Below, one piece after another: positions 36,894 to 46,275 of a stretch of DNA of 50,706 bases. The notes below the pieces were generated by a model. It did not search any database. It was not told where the DNA came from and worked only from the letters and a program-made list of their open reading frames with translations. The first letter of the stretch is position 1; each line of letters opens with the position of its first letter. Origin of the DNA: an uncultured bacterium (GTDB lineage Bacteria > Nitrospirota > Thermodesulfovibrionia > UBA6902); the NCBI GenBank assembly GCA_965603765.1, contig CBFDEG010000003.1, forward strand, positions 1-50,706, written 5' to 3'. The translations under genes and the position numbers were made by a program.

Positions 36894-38362
36894 TGATTCT
36901 TGATCAACTTCTCCAAAAAGATAAAGAACCTGCCGAGGCGTTTGTAGGCAAGGTAAAGGTAAAGCTCAACAAAGCATTTATAATTTCTGTGGTTCCATCT
37001 CCAGAGAGAGAGCTTATGCATCGGCCCGAAGACCACCTTACTCCAGAAGGTCTTTAAGAACCTGTCATAGCGGAATGCAAGGAATGAATTTATATATATT
37101 GCGTTAAGCAGTTTCGGGTTCTTTATCCATGGGTTCCTGACCTCATCGTTTGTGAAGTTCTTCCAGCCCTCAAGATGTGTCGGTGCTTTAAAGCCTGCCT
37201 TTAAGGCCTCTTCGTATATCAGCGTGCCCGGAAGCGGCACATACGGCTGTATCGGCACTTCAGCACCGGGATGTCTTCTGCGTATCTCATCCGCAAAGTC
37301 GAGTGTCCTGTTCATCTGTTCCTCTGTCTCACCCGGCAGACCTATCAATAATGAATAGAGTGTCGGGATACTTCCCTTTGAGACGATCTCTATCCCCTTG
37401 TCTATCATCTTCCTGTTCTGGCCTTTTTTAATATATTTCAGGACCTCATCATCCGGGGACTCAACACCGAAAAATACATATACACAACCGCTCTCCTCGA
37501 ATTGCTTCAGCAGGGCATCATCAAATGTATTTATCCTGAGGTTTGCTATCCATTTAAAGTTCATCTCTTTTAAGAGAGGAAGTATCTCGATCATCACATC
37601 TTTTTTACCGGCAAGAAATGTATCATCATAAAATGTCATCTTATGAACGCCCAGCTCTTTGAGCTTTATCAGTTCGGCCTTCACCTTTTCCCTGCTCTTG
37701 ACCCTGCAGACATTTTTATGGAAATAGACGTTATAGCAGAAACCGCACTTATGCGGACAGCCCCTTGATGATTCATATCCTATATTTTCGAGCGTGTCGC
37801 CTGACCTTCTTACATATTCAAGGAGTATCTCCCTGCCCTTGCCGTCATACGGGAACGGAAGGTCCTCAATATCAAGGAAGTCCCTGTCCTCATTAACGGT
37901 TATCTTATTGTTTTGTTTCCATCCGAGCCCATTGATGCCGCTGAACTCATTAGCGCCCTGAAGCGCCTGGACAAGTTCAAGAAGCGTCTGCTCACCTTCA
38001 CCCTTTACCACAAAATCAACAAGATGTGATTCAAGTGTCTGCTCCGCCATCATGGAAGGATGGGTGCCGCCCCAGACAAGAGGCACATCCGGATCGATCT
38101 TTCTGGCAAGCTTTGCAAGGTTGAGGGTGTTCTTTATCTGAAAGCAGGTCATTGTCGAAAGCCCGAGAAGCAGCGGCTTTCTGGCTACAAGCTCTTTAAA
38201 ACGCTTTTTCTTGTGTATCCTTTCATCAAAGTATTCCACTTCAATGCCATGCTGTTCAAGATAGGCTCCAAGCGAGAGAATGGCAAGCGGTGTCCATGCA
38301 TGATACGGAAAAGGACTCGCGTTCGCGTAACATAGTACGATCAGGTTTTCATTGGAAGTCAT
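36890..38362 (-). CDS. Cobalamin-binding radical SAM protein (class B methyltransferase-like)
   Basis: B12-binding N-terminus (PLAILSLGAYL, WGGTHPS, GEGE), SSRGCPHKCGFC, DDTF, GVES, GLPGET. Confidence 0.93.
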   Translation of the reverse strand: MTSNENLIVLCYANASPFPYHAWTPLAILSLGAYLEQHGIEVEYFDERIHKKKRFKELVARKPLLLGLSTMTCFQIKNTLNLAKLARKIDPDVPLVWGGTHPSMMAEQTLESHLVDFVVKGEGEQTLLELVQALQGANEFSGINGLGWKQNNKITVNEDRDFLDIEDLPFPYDGKGREILLEYVRRSGDTLENIGYESSRGCPHKCGFCYNVYFHKNVCRVKSREKVKAELIKLKELGVHKMTFYDDTFLAGKKDVMIEILPLLKEMNFKWIANLRINTFDDALLKQFEESGCVYVFFGVESPDDEVLKYIKKGQNRKMIDKGIEIVSKGSIPTLYSLLIGLPGETEEQMNRTLDFADEIRRRHPGAEVPIQPYVPLPGTLIYEEALKAGFKAPTHLEGWKNFTNDEVRNPWIKNPKLLNAIYINSFLAFRYDRFLKTFWSKVVFGPMHKLSLWRWNHRNYKCFVELYLYLAYKRLGRFFIFLEKLIKNQ

Positions 38363-38366
38363 AATT

Positions 38367-39335
38367 TCATTTAGCCTTCAGGTAGTAGCTTATCGTTCCG
38401 TACATTGATGCAAATATAATATCCACACCCAGCACATAATTCAAGCACAGGGCCTTCACAGAAAAAAGAAGCCCGGCTTCCTTGCGCATAAAGTTCCACC
38501 ACTTTAAATTGGCAATAAAAAAAATACCCAGAAATACAAAAAATGCAAAGCCGTACGTCTCACTCACCGGAACGGTCGGCAGCAGCAGCATACTGAAAAA
38601 AGCACAGACAGCGGCTATCCCGTTGCTCGGCGCAGTAGGACCGGCATTATCAAACTTTTTGTCCTTCAAAAATAAATGTATCCACATGACCGCGCGCTTA
38701 AAATAGTTTCGTATGGCCTCTTCAACATTATTTACGAACTGGTGCCTGACAAGCATTTTAGGGTTCAGTATAATGTCCTCTGTTTCACAGACCCTCCGCG
38801 CCAGTTCAAAGTCCTCAACATCAGCGCCTTTATATTTCTCACGGTAGCCGCCGAGTCTCTGGAAAAGTTCTTTTTTAATGGCACCGCACCTCGGGGCAAA
38901 GACACTCACCTTATTCCCCGGAACACCGAGCAGGTGTATATATTCGAACATCGCCATATATTTCGGCACAAAACCTTTATTAAGAGGCTCAGTAGCGCAT
39001 ATCCCGATAACGCACTGCGCGGAAGGAGCATTTTTGAAATAGTCTTCGACCTCTTTGACCGTTCCGTCCATGACCAGCACATCGGAGTCGAGAAAGAATA
39101 TAATATCTCCCTTTGCAGCCTCGACACCTATGTTCCTTGCCCTTGCAGGCCCGCCGTTTTGCTCAAGCACAATTACCTCTACCGGATATTTCCTTGCGAT
39201 CTCAACGGTATTATCCTTTGAGCAGTCATCAACAATAATAACTTCCATATCATCAACCTTGTTCCTGAAAATTGAATCAAGAAGGCCTGGCATGAATTTA
39301 GATACATTGTATGTAGGGATAACGATAGATATCAT
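38367..39335 (-). CDS. Glycosyltransferase family 2 with C-terminal TM helices
   Basis: ISIVIPTYN, VDDCSKD, GPARARNIG, FLDSD, EDFEL. Confidence 0.93.
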   Translation of the reverse strand: MISIVIPTYNVSKFMPGLLDSIFRNKVDDMEVIIVDDCSKDNTVEIARKYPVEVIVLEQNGGPARARNIGVEAAKGDIIFFLDSDVLVMDGTVKEVEDYFKNAPSAQCVIGICATEPLNKGFVPKYMAMFEYIHLLGVPGNKVSVFAPRCGAIKKELFQRLGGYREKYKGADVEDFELARRVCETEDIILNPKMLVRHQFVNNVEEAIRNYFKRAVMWIHLFLKDKKFDNAGPTAPSNGIAAVCAFFSMLLLPTVPVSETYGFAFFVFLGIFFIANLKWWNFMRKEAGLLFSVKALCLNYVLGVDIIFASMYGTISYYLKAK

Positions 39336-39500
39336 CTCAATAAGTATAATTATTATACAGTTATAAAATCAAACTATAATAATGCAGACCTTTAAATTAT
39401 ATAAATAAAATAGACTGTTACAATAACATCGACAGATATTCTCCAAATCTTTAGGAGTAACAGAACTTATATCTGTAAAAATTTACAACGTTATCCCTTG

Positions 39501-39529
39501 TTGACCGCTTTCATTCTAACTTCTATAAT
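39501..39529 (+). promoter_or_regulatory. Near-consensus sigma-70 promoter for the sensor operon
   Basis: TTGACC-N17-TATAAT. Confidence 0.7.
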
Positions 39530-39535
39530 AAATCA

Positions 39536-40528
39536 ATGATTACAGGTTTTTTTTCAAAGCATTACGCTTTTAATCCAAAAAATATGACCCGCCCGAAACA
39601 GTGCGGATCTTTCAGTTTTTTTGCCCTGCTCATTATTCTCTGCCTGTTACTGCTATCAGGATGCACCCAAACAGAAACTCCTAAAAAAGTAAGTCTCTCA
39701 AAAAGATCAGGGGATTTATCGAAAAGATCCGGTCATCCTCAGCCCAATACCCTCTGGTTCGGTTTTGATCTCAGACTCGGGCCGAAGGAAGAGGTGATGA
39801 TATATATGCCTTTCCTTAAATATCTCGAAAAAGCCACCGGCAGACGTTTCCGCATTAAATTCAGTGAAAAATATGAGGACACTGTAGAAAACCTGGAGAA
39901 AGGCAAAACACATTTTGCCGCGATAGGCACATTGAGCTATGTTATCGGAAAGGAAAAACATGGCATCAAATATCTTGTAAGCGGGGTCAATAAAGAAGGT
40001 GACCCCATGTATCATTCCATGATAGTTGTAAAAGAAGAAAGCAGGATACGTACGCTAAACGACCTGAAAGGAAAATGTTTTGCCTTCGGGTCCAGGATAT
40101 CGACACAGGGCCATCTTATACCGCGCAGCATGTTAGAGGATGCAGGTATCGGCCTTGATGATCTCAGCCAATATATCTATGCAGGTTCTCACACAGATGC
40201 TGTAAAGGCTGTCCTGAACGGAGAATGTGATGCCGCGGGCATACAGGACACCCTGGCAGAACGACTGGCGGCAGAAGGAAAGATAAAGATCATAAAAATG
40301 TCAAAACCTTATCCAAGCAGTCTCATAGCTTATAACAGCAGAGTGGACACCGAAACAGTAGAACTGGTCAGGTCAGCAATGCTTTCCTTTGAACCAAAGG
40401 GGAAACATGGACATATGATGATCGACTGGAACAAGACAGAAATGCCTCTTGGCTTTACATTATTAAATGAGGTTGAGCTTAACAAAGTGACCGGACTTGC
40501 AAAAAAATACGGGATACTCAAAAAATGA
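39536..40528 (+). CDS. PhnD/AioX-family oxyanion-binding lipoprotein acting as a periplasmic sensor
   Basis: Lipobox LSGC, YHSMIVV, DLKGKCFAFG..STQGHLIP, GSH..AV.AVLNG..DAAG. Coupled to the kinase gene with no permease. Start may be 39584. Confidence 0.88.
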   Translation: MITGFFSKHYAFNPKNMTRPKQCGSFSFFALLIILCLLLLSGCTQTETPKKVSLSKRSGDLSKRSGHPQPNTLWFGFDLRLGPKEEVMIYMPFLKYLEKATGRRFRIKFSEKYEDTVENLEKGKTHFAAIGTLSYVIGKEKHGIKYLVSGVNKEGDPMYHSMIVVKEESRIRTLNDLKGKCFAFGSRISTQGHLIPRSMLEDAGIGLDDLSQYIYAGSHTDAVKAVLNGECDAAGIQDTLAERLAAEGKIKIIKMSKPYPSSLIAYNSRVDTETVELVRSAMLSFEPKGKHGHMMIDWNKTEMPLGFTLLNEVELNKVTGLAKKYGILKK

Positions 40529-41928
40529 ACTTAAGGACCAAGACAGCACTCCTGACAACTCTGGTTGCTGTTAGTGCAAGTATCCTTATCATACTTTCCA
40601 TCAGAGGCGTGTTCATCGATGCGTTCAGGGGAGAACTCGAAAAACGGGCTGTTTCTGTTGCAGTCAATCTCTCTGACAGGATAGCCAATAATATTCTGCT
40701 GCGGGACCATGTACAGACATCAAAGGCCTTGACTGAGGTTCTTAATAAAGAAAAGGACATAGAGTATATATTTGTCACAGATGAAGACAGAAAGATATTT
40801 GCAAATACATTCAGCAACGGCCATCCGCCGGACCTCCTGTCATGGAACCCTCTACATAAAAAAAATGAACACATACAGATACTGGACACAGAAAAGGGTT
40901 ATATAAGAGATATCGGGGTAAGCGTATTCAAGGGAACGGGTTCAGAGCTCCACCTGGGAATAAGAGAGGACAGCCTGATATCAACGCTTACCCGTATGCG
41001 TCATATAACATATCCACTCATCGCAGGAATAATCCTTTTGAGCATCATCGCGTCCCTTATAGTCAGCCGCCTTGTCACAGGGCCTTTGAACAAATTCGTG
41101 GAATTTACAAAAGTGCTCGGCAGAGGTGAATACGGCAAAAAGGTGGATGTGGATTCCGAAGATGAGGTCGGATACCTTGCCCGCAACTTCAACAGGCTTT
41201 CAATGGAACTTAAGATAGCGCAGAAAAAAATGGGGGAGGCCTTTACCTACACTCATTTACTCGAAGCTGAAAAACTTTCATCCATAGGTCAGATATCAGC
41301 CGGGCTTGCACATGAACTGAAAAACCCGATGACCACGCTTAAGATGCTCTTTCAGGCCTACAAGGAAGAGCCGGACATGACAAGAGAGGACGCTGAGATA
41401 ATCAGCCATGAGATCGACAAGATTGATACCATACTCACAAACTTTATGGGTTTTGTAAAACAGAAGGATTTCAAGCTGACAGATGTTGACCTGAATGAAC
41501 TTATAGACAGGGTGCTCTCTCTGGCCACATATGATATTGAGCACTCCAACATAACGGTCCATAAGGACATGATGGAGGCATTGCCGACAGTAAAGGCTGA
41601 CAGATCGCTTTTTGAACATGTATTCTTAAATCTTATAATTAACGCTATTCAGGCAATGCCTGACGGCGGAGAGATACGGATATCCGGAAAATCGGATGAG
41701 CACTTTGTGGAAGTAATGACATGGGACAAAGGCACAGGCATCCCGATGAACATTAGGGCAAAGATATTCGAACCCTTTTTTACCACAAAGGACCAGGGCA
41801 CTGGACTCGGGCTTTCGATCGCCTATAATATAGTCAATTCGCATGGCGGTAAATTGTTTTTTAACAGTAATGAAAGCGGCGGGACCGTATTTACAGTAAG
41901 ATTACCGAAAGGAACGGACAATGGATAA
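40525..41928 (+). CDS. Membrane sensor histidine kinase (HAMP-HisKA-HATPase), AioS-like position
   Basis: Two TMs, HAMP (DEVGYLARNFN), H-box AHELKNP, NAIQA, DKGTGI, FFTTK, GTGLGL. Confidence 0.95.
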   Translation: MNLRTKTALLTTLVAVSASILIILSIRGVFIDAFRGELEKRAVSVAVNLSDRIANNILLRDHVQTSKALTEVLNKEKDIEYIFVTDEDRKIFANTFSNGHPPDLLSWNPLHKKNEHIQILDTEKGYIRDIGVSVFKGTGSELHLGIREDSLISTLTRMRHITYPLIAGIILLSIIASLIVSRLVTGPLNKFVEFTKVLGRGEYGKKVDVDSEDEVGYLARNFNRLSMELKIAQKKMGEAFTYTHLLEAEKLSSIGQISAGLAHELKNPMTTLKMLFQAYKEEPDMTREDAEIISHEIDKIDTILTNFMGFVKQKDFKLTDVDLNELIDRVLSLATYDIEHSNITVHKDMMEALPTVKADRSLFEHVFLNLIINAIQAMPDGGEIRISGKSDEHFVEVMTWDKGTGIPMNIRAKIFEPFFTTKDQGTGLGLSIAYNIVNSHGGKLFFNSNESGGTVFTVRLPKGTDNG

Positions 41929-43309
41929 GATCCTTGTGGTTGATGATGAAAAAGGTGTTCGCCACTCATTTAAAAGGGTCCTCGAAAGACATGGCTACAA
42001 GGTCGTTACCGCGGCCAATGGATTGGAGGCCATTGAGCAGACCGGAAGAGAAAACCCGGTCCTTGTTATTATGGATGTATCCATGCCGAAAATGGACGGG
42101 CTCGAAACTCTGCAGAAATTAAGGTCTCTCCACCCTGACCTTACGATAATAATGATGACCGCCAACAGCACTTCTGACAAAGCGATCTCGGCAATGAAGT
42201 TCGGCGCATATGACTATCTCATGAAACCCTTTGACAATGATCAGCTGCTCTCACTTCTCGAAAAAGCCATAATGGACAAAAAGATGTCCACTCCGGTCAT
42301 CTTCTCTGAAACCACAGATGATGAAAAGGGAGACAGGATAATAGGCAAAAGCCCGGCCATGCTCGAGATATTCAAAAAGATAGGCCAGATAGCCGGCAGT
42401 GATGTCACTGTTCTTCTAAATGGAGAAACAGGCACGGGCAAAGAACTTATTGCAAGAGCTATCTATCAGCACAGCAAAAGGGTGAACAGACCTTTTCTGC
42501 CGATGAACTGCTCGGCCATACCGGAGGCACTGCTCGAGAGCGAGCTGTTCGGTCATGAAAAAGGCGCCTTTACAAGTGCAGACAACAAAAGGATCGGCAA
42601 GTTCGAACAGTGCGATACCGGCACCATGTTCCTTGATGAGATCGGTGATATGCCGCTGTCCATACAGGCCAAATGGCTCAGAGTGCTTCAGGACGGCACC
42701 ATCCAGCGCCTTGGCGGAAAAGACGTGATCAAAACCGATGTTAGGATAATCGCCGCGACCAACAAAAACCTTGAAGACCTTAAGAACAAAGGTGAGTTCA
42801 GAGAAGACCTTTACTGGAGACTGAATGTAGTCACTATTAATTTACCGCCTCTTCGCGAACGTAAGGATGATATTGAGAACATTGCCAATTATTTTATACG
42901 CAAGTACAACAGAGAGCTCGACAAAAACATAAAAGGAATATCCCCTGAGCTGACGCGGAAATTCCATGAATATAACTGGCCCGGAAATGTAAGAGAGCTG
43001 CAGAGCATTATCCAGCGCGGCATGGTCATATGCCAAAAAGACCTGCTGTCTGTTGAAGATTGCGAATCACTGTCAGGAAAAGGACACCTGGATAATAATG
43101 ATCTCAATTTCGAGCAGCTGCTTGAAGAAGCCGCTGATAAGTTAATGCAGCAGGGTTCAGCCAATATATACAAAAAAGCCACTTCTGCACTGGAATGCAT
43201 ACTTATTAAAAAAGCCCTTGAACAGACCGGCCAGAACCAGGTATCAGCAGCAAAGCTTCTCGGTATAGCAAGAGAGACCCTCAGAAAAAAACTGGACACT
43301 AATAAATAA
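41921..43309 (+). CDS. Sigma-54-dependent response regulator (NtrC family), AioR-like position
   Basis: REC domain, GETGTGKE, ESELFGHEKGAFTSA, LDEIG, WPGNVREL, Fis-type HTH. Confidence 0.96.
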   Translation: MDKILVVDDEKGVRHSFKRVLERHGYKVVTAANGLEAIEQTGRENPVLVIMDVSMPKMDGLETLQKLRSLHPDLTIIMMTANSTSDKAISAMKFGAYDYLMKPFDNDQLLSLLEKAIMDKKMSTPVIFSETTDDEKGDRIIGKSPAMLEIFKKIGQIAGSDVTVLLNGETGTGKELIARAIYQHSKRVNRPFLPMNCSAIPEALLESELFGHEKGAFTSADNKRIGKFEQCDTGTMFLDEIGDMPLSIQAKWLRVLQDGTIQRLGGKDVIKTDVRIIAATNKNLEDLKNKGEFREDLYWRLNVVTINLPPLRERKDDIENIANYFIRKYNRELDKNIKGISPELTRKFHEYNWPGNVRELQSIIQRGMVICQKDLLSVEDCESLSGKGHLDNNDLNFEQLLEEAADKLMQQGSANIYKKATSALECILIKKALEQTGQNQVSAAKLLGIARETLRKKLDTNK

Positions 43310-43315
43310 CATAAC

Positions 43316-43352
43316 TGCCCAGAAAATAGACAGTATGTCTATTTCGTGGGCA
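43316..43352. promoter_or_regulatory. Tandem upstream activator sites (UAS) for the sigma-54 regulator
   Basis: Two 17-bp quasi-palindromes, TGCCCAGAAAATAGACA and TGTCTATTTCGTGGGCA. They are inverted, 15/17 identical, and their centres are 20 bp apart. Confidence 0.65.
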
Positions 43353-43405
43353 CACCCCGTGCAGTATTTCAACTCTAACCCCTTGTAATCTCGATAATTA
43401 AACAA

Positions 43406-43421
43406 TGGCACAAACCTTGCA
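43406..43421 (+). promoter_or_regulatory. Sigma-54 -24/-12 promoter
   Basis: TGGCAC-AAACC-TTGCA matches TGGCAC-N5-TTGC. An IHF-like TAACCCCTTGTAAT lies at 43376-43389. Confidence 0.9.
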
Positions 43422-43554
43422 TTGTAAAGAACTAATCAGCACATGTTTATTTTTGTTAAAGATCTTTTCAGTAATCTTTAACCGTCTGAATCACACCATT
43501 CACTAAAAGCAACGGCTTTTTTAAAGCCACTAAAAAAGAGAGGAGATTATACGC

Positions 43555-44448
43555 ATGATAAAACGTAACCTGGTAGCACTGGTAGCACTGGTATTTTTGA
43601 TGGGCATTTCCGTATCAGCTTTTGCCGCATCATCAACTTATGACGCAGTAAAGAAAAGCGGGGTCGTAAAAATAGGGCACGGTATTGATGTTCCGCCGCT
43701 GAGCATGATAAACCCGAAGACTAAAAACCTGGAAGGTTTTGATATTGATATTGCACACGCAATGGTAGACCAGATAGGCGTCATAATGGGCAAAAAGCTC
43801 AAAATGGAAGGTGTTGTTGTCAACAACAAAACAAGGATCGCATTCCTTGCAAACAGAAGGATCAACCTTACAATCAGAAGCATGAGCCACACAAGAGGCC
43901 GTGATAAACAGATCGACTATGCTGAGCCACCGTACCTCTGGACAGGCAAGATATTCTATGCAAAAAAAGGAAAATTCAAAAGCCCTATGGATATCTGCGG
44001 CAAGAGAATGGCTGTTACCCAGGGTTCAAATGCCTATATTGCAGGACAGGAATACCTGAAAGAACTCGGCTGTAACAAGGATTTTGAGATAAAGTCTTTC
44101 CAGAACAACGCAGAATGTTTCCTGGCATTGAAACAGGGCAAGGTTGAGGCATACATACAGGATGCCCCGATCATAGCAGGTGTTGCAGGTGCAGAAGGTG
44201 TTGATTATGAGCCGGTAGGCCCTATCTTCAGCCCCGGACTTTATGGTATCGGCACTCCGCCTAATGACAGCAAATGGAGAGACACTGCAAGCTTTGCACT
44301 CCAGGATCTGATGAGTAACGGAACATACGAAAAGATCTACCAGAAATGGTTCGGTCCTAACGGCATTGCTCCGCTGCCAAACAATGCAAGGCCAAGGCTC
44401 CCCAAAGATATCTTTGGCGACAGAAACGCCTTTGTATGGCCTAATTAA
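43555..44448 (+). CDS. Orphan polar amino-acid-type (family 3) substrate-binding protein
   Basis: Signal peptide AFA-AS, GFDIDIA, SMSHTRGR, QGS, G.YEKIYQKWFG. No cognate permease or ATPase nearby. Confidence 0.9.
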   Translation: MIKRNLVALVALVFLMGISVSAFAASSTYDAVKKSGVVKIGHGIDVPPLSMINPKTKNLEGFDIDIAHAMVDQIGVIMGKKLKMEGVVVNNKTRIAFLANRRINLTIRSMSHTRGRDKQIDYAEPPYLWTGKIFYAKKGKFKSPMDICGKRMAVTQGSNAYIAGQEYLKELGCNKDFEIKSFQNNAECFLALKQGKVEAYIQDAPIIAGVAGAEGVDYEPVGPIFSPGLYGIGTPPNDSKWRDTASFALQDLMSNGTYEKIYQKWFGPNGIAPLPNNARPRLPKDIFGDRNAFVWPN

Positions 44449-44467
44449 TCAAATAACGCGCTAATCG

Positions 44468-44508
44468 ATCCTGTCCCCCCTTCATGTGATGTTAAGGGGG
44501 GGCAGGAT
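44468..44508 (+). terminator. Strong intercistronic hairpin (stabiliser or attenuator, no clear U-tract)
   Basis: ATCCTGTCCCCCCTT...AAGGGGGGGCAGGAT. Confidence 0.55.
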
Positions 44509-44579
44509 TATACTCATTTAAAAAATCAACAGGTTTTATCCGGATCACAACTTAGCTTTTCAAACTAACTTATAAAAAT

Positions 44580-45536
44580 ATGGCAATGAATAATTTTGAT
44601 CATAAATTAATGGAAAACGGGCAATACCCGCTTACCGCAAATAATATCAGCACACTTCAGGTAAATATCGGTTACAAATGTAATCTGAGCTGCACACATT
44701 GCCACGTGGAAGCTTCCCCAAAGAGACAGGAGCTAATGTCTTTATCTACAATTAACAAGCTCCTTGAAATCCTGAAGAATAATAAAGCCATCAAAAATGT
44801 GGACATAACCGGCGGCTCACCTGAACTGAATCCCTACTATAAACATTTTATTCAGTCCTGTACTGATATCGGGAAAAATGTAATTGTCAGAACCAATCTT
44901 GCCATTTATTCTGAACCGGGCATGGAAACGATCCCTGAGTTTCTCGCGGAAAACATGGCAAAGATCATAGCCTCCCTGCCCTGTTATTCAGAAGAAGGCG
45001 TTGACAGCCAGCGGGGCAAGGGTACTTATCAAAAAGCCATCAACGCATTAAAAAAATTAAACTCATTAGGATACGGAATAAGAGGGCGAGGCCTGGAACT
45101 GGACATTATGTTCAACCCGGCAAAGACAGGTATCGCCCCTGACCAGCAGATGCTCGAAAATGCCTACAAAACCAAATTAAAAGAAATGCACGGCATTACC
45201 TTTAACCAGCTAATCGCCTTAAGCAATATGCCGATAGGAAGACTCGGCAAATCCATGACAGATGATGAAAAGGCGGAATTCATCAATGAACTTATAGAAA
45301 AATTCAATTCAAACACAATTGATAATGTTATGTGCAGACATCTTGTAAGCATTTCTCCTGACGGACGCATATATGACTGTGATTTCTGGCAGATGCTTAA
45401 CATGCCTGTGACCGTAGACAACCATGTAGATAATTTTGATTACTCTGCGATCAGCAGCAGAGAGATCGTAACAACACCGCTCTGTTTTATGTGTACAGCA
45501 GGCGCAGGCGCAAGCTGCAGCGGAGCATTAGCATAA
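44580..45536 (+). CDS. arsS: ArsS-like radical SAM protein (arsenosugar-biosynthesis / DUF3641 family)
   Basis: TLQVNIGYKCNLSCTHCHVEASP, DITGGSPELN, ASLPCY...VDSQRGKG, NMPIGR, MCR, YDCDF.QML, C-terminal CFMCTAGAGASCSGAL. Confidence 0.88.
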   Translation: MAMNNFDHKLMENGQYPLTANNISTLQVNIGYKCNLSCTHCHVEASPKRQELMSLSTINKLLEILKNNKAIKNVDITGGSPELNPYYKHFIQSCTDIGKNVIVRTNLAIYSEPGMETIPEFLAENMAKIIASLPCYSEEGVDSQRGKGTYQKAINALKKLNSLGYGIRGRGLELDIMFNPAKTGIAPDQQMLENAYKTKLKEMHGITFNQLIALSNMPIGRLGKSMTDDEKAEFINELIEKFNSNTIDNVMCRHLVSISPDGRIYDCDFWQMLNMPVTVDNHVDNFDYSAISSREIVTTPLCFMCTAGAGASCSGALA

Positions 45537-45545
45537 AAGATATAT

Positions 45546-45755
45546 ATGATTAAAACAAAGAGAACAAATACAACGAGAGAGCTATCCGACAAAAATCAAA
45601 GCTCAAATAATAAGCAACAGTTTAAAAAAGAAGTGCTGGATGTATTTAAGAAATTCGGTTATCTGGCCGATGTCAAAGACCATGAAGTAACATTCAGAAC
45701 GACTTCAGGCAATATTGCCTGGATCAATATTAACAGTATAGAAACAATAAAATAA
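45546..45755 (+). CDS. Small hypothetical protein
   Basis: 69-aa ORF 9 nt after arsS on the same strand. No recognisable motif. Confidence 0.5.
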   Translation: MIKTKRTNTTRELSDKNQSSNNKQQFKKEVLDVFKKFGYLADVKDHEVTFRTTSGNIAWININSIETIK

Positions 45756-45807
45756 CGGTTACTTTAACCCTGCTGTTTTCAGTATAACAGTGTAGGCAGG
45801 TTATTAA

Positions 45808-45860
45808 GGCCCGGTAAATTTTCCGAACGATCGGAACATTTTACCGGGCCATTTTCATTT
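45808..45860 (+). terminator. Long hairpin followed by a T-rich tract (terminator/attenuator)
   Basis: GGCCCGGTAAATTTTCCGA...TCGGAACATTTTACCGGGCC then ATTTTCATTTTT. Confidence 0.6.
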
Positions 45861-45865
45861 TTATA

Positions 45866-46261
45866 ATGCACAGACATAAGAAAAACATTTTTTATATTTT
45901 AGCGGCAATTCTTGTTTCAGCGTCTTTATGCAGTGCTGGAACACCTGCCGGCACAAAGGAAACGGCCGCAAATGGAGAAAAGCTTTATAACCATTACTGC
46001 ACACCATGTCATGGGACAACAGGAAACGGCAAAGGGTTCAACGCAAAGAACCTCGATCCCCGGCCTATTGATCATACGGATGCGGTCTTTATGAGTAAAA
46101 GAAGCGACAAAGAACTGGCCAGAGCCATAAGCGGCGGGGGCAAGGCTGTAGGAAAATCAACCCTTATGCCTCCATGGGGAAACACATTCAAAGAGAACCA
46201 GACAGGATCTCTAATTTTATATTTAAGAACGCTTTGCAACTGCAAACAACTTCAATACTGA
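45866..46261 (+). CDS. Monoheme class I cytochrome c
   Basis: Signal peptide, CTPCH heme motif, G.G.G, MPPWG axial Met, extra C-terminal LCNC. Confidence 0.92.
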   Translation: MHRHKKNIFYILAAILVSASLCSAGTPAGTKETAANGEKLYNHYCTPCHGTTGNGKGFNAKNLDPRPIDHTDAVFMSKRSDKELARAISGGGKAVGKSTLMPPWGNTFKENQTGSLILYLRTLCNCKQLQY

Positions 46262-46275
46262 AAGGGGGAGTATCA

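Noticed and set aside
46174-46275. Longer start for the Rieske small subunit
   Set aside because: It overlaps the cytochrome c gene. The RBS and Tat position support ATG 46276.
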